Assembly (NCBI GenBank): GCA_046754465.1
Contig: JBHHVU010000059.1
Location: 1 to 19,279, forward strand
Direction: 5' to 3'
DNA length: 19,279 nucleotides
From: Nitrospinaceae bacterium
GTDB lineage: Bacteria > Nitrospinota > Nitrospinia > Nitrospinales > VA-1
Made by a program: the position numbers and the translations under genes. Positions within the stretch are counted from its first letter, which is position 1, and each line of letters opens with the position of its first letter. Shown here in pieces: positions 7,966-19,279 of this stretch. The notes below the pieces were generated by a model. The model saw only the letters and a list, made by a program, of their open reading frames with translations, was not told the DNA's origin and ran no database searches.

Positions 7966-8363
7966 GATTTGATCTCCTCTAGGTTGTGGACCGGTTTGAC
8001 GGGGTAGAGCCAGATGAGACAGGCGGGTTTGTCGGGATCCATGTCGGCGTGAATGAAATTCCAGGCGACGCCGATTCTTCGGAAGCCCTCATCAATCAAG
8101 TGTTCCAAAAGAAGATACCGGTGGGAACTGCCATCACAGCGAATATCCACGGCCCAAGATCGCAAATGAGAACTGGTGGGACTGCCGCCGACTTCACGGT
8201 TGTGCGTTTCGCACCTGTAAGCGGAGTTGATGATCACGGGAGCGCCGATGTGGTCGCGAACCCGCTGGAGTTTCTCAACGAGTTCCATGCGGACGATACC
8301 TTCACCGCAGCCGCAATGGCACTGGAATTCATGCCGTGAAAAATTTTTTGTAAGGTTTCCCAC
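7962..8363 (-). CDS. Peptidase M15A family endolysin (Zn peptidoglycan peptidase)
   Basis: NFSRHEFQCHCGCG, INSAYRCETHNREVGG, SSH...AVD, FIHAD. GTG start at 8363 has GGAGG 7 nt upstream (ORF track starts at 8381). Confidence 0.9.
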   Translation of the reverse strand: MGNLTKNFSRHEFQCHCGCGEGIVRMELVEKLQRVRDHIGAPVIINSAYRCETHNREVGGSPTSSHLRSWAVDIRCDGSSHRYLLLEHLIDEGFRRIGVAWNFIHADMDPDKPACLIWLYPVKPVHNLEEIKS

Positions 8364-8739
8364 AGGAGCACCTCCCATCACGAATTGATTTTGTTACAAG
8401 AGGAGAACTTTCAGAATTCTCTGATGGGGCGCGGCTCCGTGCGCGGCGGAAGGCAGGGGACCGGGCTCGTAAAAGCCCGGCCCCCGTTGGGGAGGTACAC
8501 CCCAATGCGCGCCGAGGTGGGTTGGACGATTGAGGTTCATCGGAAAATCCAAGAACCCGAAATGGCTCCACAGTTCATCGATAAAGGTTCACAACCTTTT
8601 CTGATGCCGCGTGAACCTTGTTGCAAAAATATATTTCGTGGTAATGAATTTTAATCGCCGCCCCCCAGGACGGCTTTACTTTCCCCTCAATAAATAGGGA
8701 ATCATGCAGGGTAGTAGACCGCAAATCCGTTTAAAACAC

Positions 8740-8748
8740 AGTGGATAA
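8740..8748 (-). promoter_or_regulatory. DnaA box upstream of dnaA
   Basis: AGTGGATAA, i.e. TTATCCACT on the minus strand, one mismatch to TTATCCACA. Confidence 0.55.
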
Positions 8749-8884
8749 GGAAAAATTTTTACAGGTATGGGAGAACATTTTGCGTGGCAAGAGATCGGGT
8801 TTCCAGGGGTTATTTTTTTTCAGGAAGAAGACTTTTGTTAACGTTGACCTTACAAAAAAAATAAAATGCGCTGTAATTTTGATG

Positions 8885-8913
8885 TTGATTTTGTAACACC
8901 CGTTATATATATT
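8885..8913 (+). promoter_or_regulatory. Putative sigma70 promoter of dnaA
   Basis: TTGATT (8885-8890), 17 nt spacer, TATATT (8908-8913), ending 47 nt before the dnaA ATG. Confidence 0.5.
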
Positions 8914-8960
8914 ACCGCTTACTTTCCCACCATTATTGATCCTTACTCCATCGGAATCCT

Positions 8961-10284
8961 ATGCTTTCCAAAGAAACCCTTTGGCAAAAATGTTTGAAGG
9001 AGATCGAAGATCAAATTCTTCCCGAAAATTATTCCACTTGGTTCTCACCCACATATCCTCACACTCTGAAAAAGGATTTTTTGACGATTGCTGTTCCCAA
9101 CGACTTCTATAAAAAATGCCTCAAGGAAAATTATCAGGACCTGATCGAGACCACTCTTGAATCGATTCTCAAGAACAAAATTAAGGTTGACTTCTTCGTG
9201 GATGACGATTCACAAGAGGAACAGGAGAACATCTCCGCCGAACCTGTACGTCTTTTCTTGGACCAAAAAACAGAAAGGAACGCGTTTCAAACTTTTCTGA
9301 ATCCCAAATACACCTTTTCTAATTTTGTGGTAGGTTCCAGCAACCAATTCGCCCACGCAGCGGCAAACGCCGTTGCCCATAATCCGGCAATGGCCTATAA
9401 CCCTTTGTTTATATATGGGGCTGTAGGATTAGGGAAGACGCATCTTCTGCACGCGATCGGCAACACGATCATTGATGGGGACCGGAATGTCCGAATCCGG
9501 TATATCTCCGCCGAAAGTTTCACAGTGGACTTGATTGAGTCCCTGAAACGGGATGATATGCCCACCTTCCGGAAAAGGTATCGCCCTCTCGATGTCCTTT
9601 TAGTGGACGATATTCAATTTATCGCCGGGAAAGACAGAACGCAGGAGGAATTCTTCTACACTTTTAACACACTTTACGAATCACACAAGCAGATCGTAAT
9701 ATCCAGCGACAAGTACCCGAAAGACATCCACAACATCGAAGAACGTTTGCGCTCCAGGTTTGAGTCCGGCCTTGTCGCCGATATCAACCATCCGGACCTC
9801 GAAACCAAGGTTGCCATTTTATACAAAAAGGCTGAAATTCATAAAAAGCGCATTCCCCAAGATGTCGCTATTTTTATCGCCAGCAATATCAAGTCCAACA
9901 TCCGCGAACTGGAAGGCTTTCTCCTAAGAATCATCGCTTACGCGTCTTTCACGCACAGGGAAATCGATTTGGATCTTACCAAGGAAGTTCTCAAGGAGTT
10001 TACTTTTGACAAAACCAAGAACTTCACCATTCCAATTATCCTCAAGACAGTCGCCTCCCACTTCAATGTTAAGGTCTCCGATATCAAATCCAAAAAACGT
10101 TCACGGGACATTTCCACTCCCCGCCAAATTGCCATGTACCTGTGCCGCGAACACACCAAGGCATCCCTCCCAAACATAGGAAATCAGTTTGGTGGTAAAG
10201 ATCACACCACCGTCATTTTCTCTCACAAGAAGATCTCCAAATTAGCCAATGAAAACAATGATTTATCAAGGCTCCTCGGAGAAA

Positions 10285-10310
<26 letters not shown>
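8961..10310 (+). CDS. dnaA: Chromosomal replication initiator DnaA
   Basis: 449 aa. LNPKYTFSNFVVGSSN, YNPLFIYGAVGLGKTHLL (Walker A), LLVDDIQ (Walker B), RLRSRFESGL, SNIRELEG, FGGKDHTTV (domain IV). Confidence 0.99.
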
Positions 10311-13143
<2,833 letters not shown>

Positions 13144-13210
13144 CGGAGAACCTCCGCGGGTCATTGCCTGGTTTACACGGTCAAAAACGATTGAATGTCC
13201 ATTGGGCTGC

Positions 13211-13238
13211 GGCCCATTTCCCCCCGGGCGAAGCCCGG
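13211..13238. repeat. CCGGGC-N3-GCCCGG hairpin repeat in the gyrB-gyrA spacer
   Basis: GGCCCATTTCCCCCCGGGCGAAGCCCGG is 23/28 identical to 3601-3628. Confidence 0.65.
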
Positions 13239-13260
13239 TTCCCCCGAGAGGGGATGAACA

Positions 13261-15678
<2,418 letters not shown>

Positions 15679-15808
15679 CCGGGCTCGATTGGGAATGGAG
15701 GAAAACCCCGAGAACGCGCAGGCCGAGTCCCATCACCGAATCTCTCCCGATTTCCACCGGAACCCGGGAGCATCGCTTCGCCCCCTTCTGAGAGCCCCCC
15801 TTCGCCCC

Positions 15809-16627
15809 GTGTCCCTGAAACCGGTATCCATCCTTTATGTTCTGCTCCTTTCGGGTCTCCTGTCGTTTGTCGGCGGATGCGGCAACGCCGCCAAGGATCC
15901 CCTGATCCAGAAAGCCAATAATGAATGGATCAAGGGACGCAACCACCGGGCGGTGGAATTGTTCAAGGCGGTCCTCAAGAAAAATCCGTCGGGTCCTTCG
16001 GCGGAAGAAGCACTGTTCCGGTTGGGAGAAATTTACCATTTCAGCCTCGGAAACAGCGCCCAGGCGATCATGTACTTTCAGGAAGTGCTGCAAATGGATC
16101 CCAAAGGCGTTTTCAGCTATGATGCCCAGAAATACATCGCCGAAATCGTAGAGTTCGCTTTCAAGGATTTCGATCAGGCCATCATCGAATACCAAAACCT
16201 CATCAACAAATTTGACGGGGAGGATCAGAAAGCGGACCACCAGTTCCGGATCGCGTCCATTTATTACAAGAAACAGAATTACGAACAGACACTCGCGGAG
16301 TTGGAAGTGCTCCTGGAAAAATACCCGGACTCAAAATGGGCCGAGGAGTCCCGGTTTAAAATCGTGGAAATTCTCTACACCCTCCAGCGGTGTCCGGAAG
16401 CCCGGGAGCATTACAACCATTTCCTCGAGAAATACCCCAAAAGCCGGTTCAGGAAAGAGATCGACTTCGTTCTGGCTTCCTGCTTCGAGGAGGAAGGAAA
16501 CCTGCAGGAGGCCTACAACCGGTTTAAAGGCCTGGAAGGAAAATACAAGTATCCCGCGGTGTTGCAGATGAAGCTGCAGGGACTCCAGCAACGGATGAAA
16601 AGCAAAACGCGGAAAAGAAGAAGATAA
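15809..16627 (+). CDS. TPR-repeat lipoprotein (BamD/CpoB-like repeats)
   Basis: Signal peptide with lipobox-like FVGG-C if started at GTG 15809 (ORF track starts at 15689; start uncertain). Repeated TPR motifs such as AEEALFRLGEIY and KYPDSKWAEESRF. Stop overlaps the serS ATG (TAATG). Confidence 0.8.
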   Translation: MSLKPVSILYVLLLSGLLSFVGGCGNAAKDPLIQKANNEWIKGRNHRAVELFKAVLKKNPSGPSAEEALFRLGEIYHFSLGNSAQAIMYFQEVLQMDPKGVFSYDAQKYIAEIVEFAFKDFDQAIIEYQNLINKFDGEDQKADHQFRIASIYYKKQNYEQTLAELEVLLEKYPDSKWAEESRFKIVEILYTLQRCPEAREHYNHFLEKYPKSRFRKEIDFVLASCFEEEGNLQEAYNRFKGLEGKYKYPAVLQMKLQGLQQRMKSKTRKRRR

Positions 16628-17925
16628 TGTTGGATATCCGGTATATCAGGGAAAACCTGGAAGAGGTCCGGTCGCGGTTGAATCGGCGGGGGCCGGGAAC
16701 CTCCGATGCGCTTGAACATCTATTGGAGCCGGAAGAAGAGCGCCGGCGGTGCCTTCGGGAATCCGAAAAACTCAAAAACCAAAAAAAGAAACTGTCCGCG
16801 GAAGTGGGAAAACTGAGGCAGCAGGGCCTCGACGCCGCCGCCTTGATGGAAGAAGTCAAAGCCATCAATGTTTCCATCAAGGAACTCGATGAGAAGACCC
16901 GGGTCTGCGAGACCCGGGTATCCGAAACGATCCTTGGCATCCCCAATCTCCCGGATGATTCCATTCCCGACGGGGCCGACGAGTCGGCCAACCGGGTCGA
17001 GCGGGTGTGCGGGGAAAAGCCCACGTTCGATTTCACCCCCAAAAACCATGTGGAGCTTGGGGAGCGGCTGGGCCTCATCGATCTCAAACGGGCGGCCAAG
17101 ATTTCCGGAGCGCGGTTCGCGGTGTACCGGGGGGCCGGAGCCCAGCTTCTGCGCGCGCTCATTCAGTTCATGATCGAGACCCAAACCCGCGAAAATGGTT
17201 ACGAAGAAATTTATCCCCCCTTCCTGGTCAATGCCGAGAGCATGTTGGGAACCGGCCAGCTGCCCAAATTTGAAGACGACTTGTTCAAGTTACGCGACGA
17301 TCCCTACTACCTCATCCCTACCGCCGAGGTCCCCGTCACGAACTTTCACCGCGATGAAGTGATTCCCGGGGAAACGCTGCCGGTCCGTTACGCCGCCTAT
17401 ACCCCTTGTTTCCGCAGGGAAGCGGGATCCTACGGAAAAGATACCCACGGACTGATCCGCCAGCATCAGTTCGACAAAGTGGAACTGGTCAAATTCGTCC
17501 GGCCCGATCGATCCGCCGCCGAACTGGAATCCCTGGTGCAAGACGCCGAAACCATACTGAAAAAACTGGACCTGCACTACCGCGTCGTGGTCCTGTGCGC
17601 GGGCGACCTGGGTTTTTCCGCCGCCCGGACCTATGACCTGGAAGTGTGGATCCCCAGTCAAAATACTTATCGGGAGATCTCCTCCTGCAGCAATTTTACC
17701 GATTACCAGGCCCGTCGGGCCAAAATCCGCTATAAAAAAAAGGACGGCGGCAAACCGGAACTGGTTCATACCCTGAACGGATCCGGCCTGGCGGCGGGAA
17801 GATTGTTCGTGGCCGTGTTGGAAAATTATCAGAACAAGGAGGGCGGCCTGGAAATTCCCCAGGCCCTCCGCCCATACATGCACGGGCGGGAAACCATCAA
17901 CCCTGCCCCGCGGGGAGGGAAATAG
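16627..17925 (+). CDS. serS: Serine--tRNA ligase
   Basis: 432 aa. MLDIRYIREN, LIPTAEVP, PCFRREAGSYGKDTHGLIRQHQFDKVE, YREISSCSN, HTLNGSGLA. Confidence 0.99.
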   Translation: MLDIRYIRENLEEVRSRLNRRGPGTSDALEHLLEPEEERRRCLRESEKLKNQKKKLSAEVGKLRQQGLDAAALMEEVKAINVSIKELDEKTRVCETRVSETILGIPNLPDDSIPDGADESANRVERVCGEKPTFDFTPKNHVELGERLGLIDLKRAAKISGARFAVYRGAGAQLLRALIQFMIETQTRENGYEEIYPPFLVNAESMLGTGQLPKFEDDLFKLRDDPYYLIPTAEVPVTNFHRDEVIPGETLPVRYAAYTPCFRREAGSYGKDTHGLIRQHQFDKVELVKFVRPDRSAAELESLVQDAETILKKLDLHYRVVVLCAGDLGFSAARTYDLEVWIPSQNTYREISSCSNFTDYQARRAKIRYKKKDGGKPELVHTLNGSGLAAGRLFVAVLENYQNKEGGLEIPQALRPYMHGRETINPAPRGGK

Positions 17926-17943
17926 GTCATGGCATCATCGCCA
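17912..17943 (-). repeat. Copy of the dispersed TGGCGATGATGC..CCTAT.TCCCTCCCC repeat overlapping the serS stop
   Basis: Reverse complement matches 3707-3738 at 30/32 positions. Confidence 0.85.
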
Positions 17944-17970
17944 CCCGCCACGCGGGCGGGGGAGCGAACT

Positions 17971-18008
17971 ATTCCCCCTTTTTAAAGGGGGTCAGGGGGA
18001 TTTTAATC
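17971..18008 (-). repeat. REP-like palindromic repeat (TCCCCCTGACCCCCTTTAAAAAGGGGG)
   Basis: Hairpin CCCCCTTT-TT-AAAGGGGG. Reverse complement of 17977-18004 is identical (28/28) to 19252-19279 and similar to 7197-7232. Confidence 0.85.
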
Positions 18009-18111
18009 TTTAAAGGTTCCATGTGGAGGTGCTCCGCGGCATATAACGTATGACAAATCGCGGGATGCTTGACATTGGTCTCGAACTGGATAAATATAAG
18101 AAATTATGCGT

Positions 18112-18197
18112 GGAGGGATGGCCGAGTGGTTTAAGGCGGCGGTCTTGAAAACCGTTGAACGAAAGTTCCGTGGGTTCGAATCCTACTCCCTCCGCCA
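18112..18197 (+). tRNA. tRNA-Ser(TGA)
   Basis: GGAGGGA/TCCCTCC acceptor stem, anticodon arm GCGGT-CTTGAAA-ACCGT, long variable arm, GTTCGAATC T-loop, GCCA end. Confidence 0.97.
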
Positions 18198-18278
18198 AAA
18201 AAGCGGACCATGAACCCAGAACAAGGAGCAATTGGGTGTTTTCCATCTAAGTTGCTTTTTGTTAAGGGTTCATAATTT

Positions 18279-18370
<92 letters not shown>

Positions 18371-18404
18371 CATATTGCACGGACGAAAAAAAGGGACACC
18401 GGAA

Positions 18405-19076
18405 ATGTCGAAATCAATGGTACAATTCCGGGCTTCGCGGCCGGGAAAACGAACACGCAAACCCCTCTTGTGGACGGGCCTCGCTTTCGGACTGTTCCTC
18501 GCCGCGGGCTGTTCCGGGGAAAACGACGGCGAATACTCGACCAGCGAGAACTCGAAGACCGTCCCGGCTTCCGAAACGTTCCGCATGGCTGAGGGGTCCG
18601 GGTCGGCGGCCGACCTCCAGGCCGAGGCGCCCCAGGCGCCCGCTCTGCCGGAAGGGTCCGGAACCAAGAGGTCCGATCATCCCCAAGTACAAAATGGCGG
18701 GAAAATCGAGCGCGGCATCGTGGTTCCCGAAGGCCTCCGGGGTAAATGGAAGGCGGTCAAAATCCTGATCAAGAACAAGGCCCACGAAGAGCAGAACGAA
18801 ACCCGGACCGTCGAACTCGGGTCCAGTTTCCAGTTAGGGCATAGCGGACTCAAGGTAACGGTGGGACCGTTTTTCCCGAATTTCGTGATGAGCCAAAAAA
18901 CCTATACTTCCATGAACAACCAGTTGATCAACCCGGCGGTGCGGTTGGTGGTGGAAGAAAATGGAAAAATCATTTACAAGGGCTGGGCGTTCAAGAACTA
19001 CCCAACACTATACGCGTTCGAACATCCCGATTACGCCTTCGAGTTGAAGGACTACGTCCCCAGGGAGGTGTCGTGA
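18405..19076 (+). CDS. Lipoprotein with DUF2155-like C-terminal domain
   Basis: Start moved to ATG 18405 because the ORF-track start lies inside the tRNA. Lipobox LAAG-C, low-complexity linker, C-terminal YKGWAFKNYPTLYAFEHPDY. Confidence 0.7.
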   Translation: MSKSMVQFRASRPGKRTRKPLLWTGLAFGLFLAAGCSGENDGEYSTSENSKTVPASETFRMAEGSGSAADLQAEAPQAPALPEGSGTKRSDHPQVQNGGKIERGIVVPEGLRGKWKAVKILIKNKAHEEQNETRTVELGSSFQLGHSGLKVTVGPFFPNFVMSQKTYTSMNNQLINPAVRLVVEENGKIIYKGWAFKNYPTLYAFEHPDYAFELKDYVPREVS

Positions 19077-19252
19077 ATACAGAACCGGTAGACCCTTTTA
19101 AAAAATTTATTCAACAAATTTCACCTGAATTCCAAACGCGCGCTGTTGAAGAACTAAATAAAAGTTTTCTTGAGGTTGTTGAGGGACCTAATTCTGAGAA
19201 TAGTGAATTGAATAGAATGATGTCCCATTTTTTTTCAGAAGCTCATGATTAA
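19073..19252 (+). CDS. Small hypothetical ORF (59 aa), possibly truncated by a repeat
   Basis: GGAGG RBS, GTG overlapping the previous TGA. Reads MNTEPVDPFKKFIQQISPEF...FFSEAHD. The stop TAA is part of the repeat start GATTAA. Confidence 0.4.
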   Translation: MNTEPVDPFKKFIQQISPEFQTRAVEELNKSFLEVVEGPNSENSELNRMMSHFFSEAHD

Positions 19253-19279
19253 AAATCCCCCTGACCCCCTTTAAAAAGG
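19247..19279 (+). repeat. REP-like palindromic repeat, cut by window end
   Basis: GATTAAAAATCCCCCTGACCCCCTTTAAAAAGG, an inverted copy of the repeat after serS. Confidence 0.85.

Noticed and set aside
8356..8364. TTTCCCACA as a DnaA box over the endolysin start codon
   Set aside because: An isolated match with a mismatch at a conserved position, constrained by coding sequence and likely chance.
8329..8654. ORFs 8329..8571 (-) and 8385..8654 (+) as a regulator or rpmH
   Set aside because: No HTH or L34 signature. They run through hairpin DNA and one overlaps the endolysin start.
18069..18100. Sigma70 promoter for the tRNA (TTGACA at 18069)
   Set aside because: The -35 is perfect, but there is no convincing -10 at 16-18 nt spacing, so it was not called.

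Overview
The window has two halves transcribed away from each other across a ~600 bp non-coding gap. The right half (+ strand) is a chromosomal origin region: dnaA, an oriC with tandem DnaA boxes and DnaA-trio repeats, gyrB, gyrA, a TPR lipoprotein, serS, two tRNA-Ser genes and a DUF2155-like lipoprotein. dnaN and recF are not between dnaA and gyrB, and rpmH/rnpA are not upstream of dnaA. The left half (- strand) is an intact, tightly coupled phage late-gene operon starting directly opposite dnaA: M15 endolysin, holin, overlapping spanins, two membrane or exported proteins, small and large terminase, a miniature tape-measure-like protein, HK97-family portal, prohead protease and major capsid protein, then the start of a probable head-decoration gene at the window edge. 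No integrase, transposase, repressor, replication gene or att site lies between this operon and dnaA. Its spacers carry the same short palindromic repeats as the core-gene spacers. The best reading (inference) is a long-resident, domesticated, gene transfer agent (GTA)-like particle system at the replication origin, with a Mu-like lysis/terminase front end and RcGTA-like head genes. A prophage that has lost its early genes, or one whose early genes lie beyond the left edge, cannot be excluded. The host looks like a Gram-negative bacterium; Nitrospinota-like is a weak impression only.
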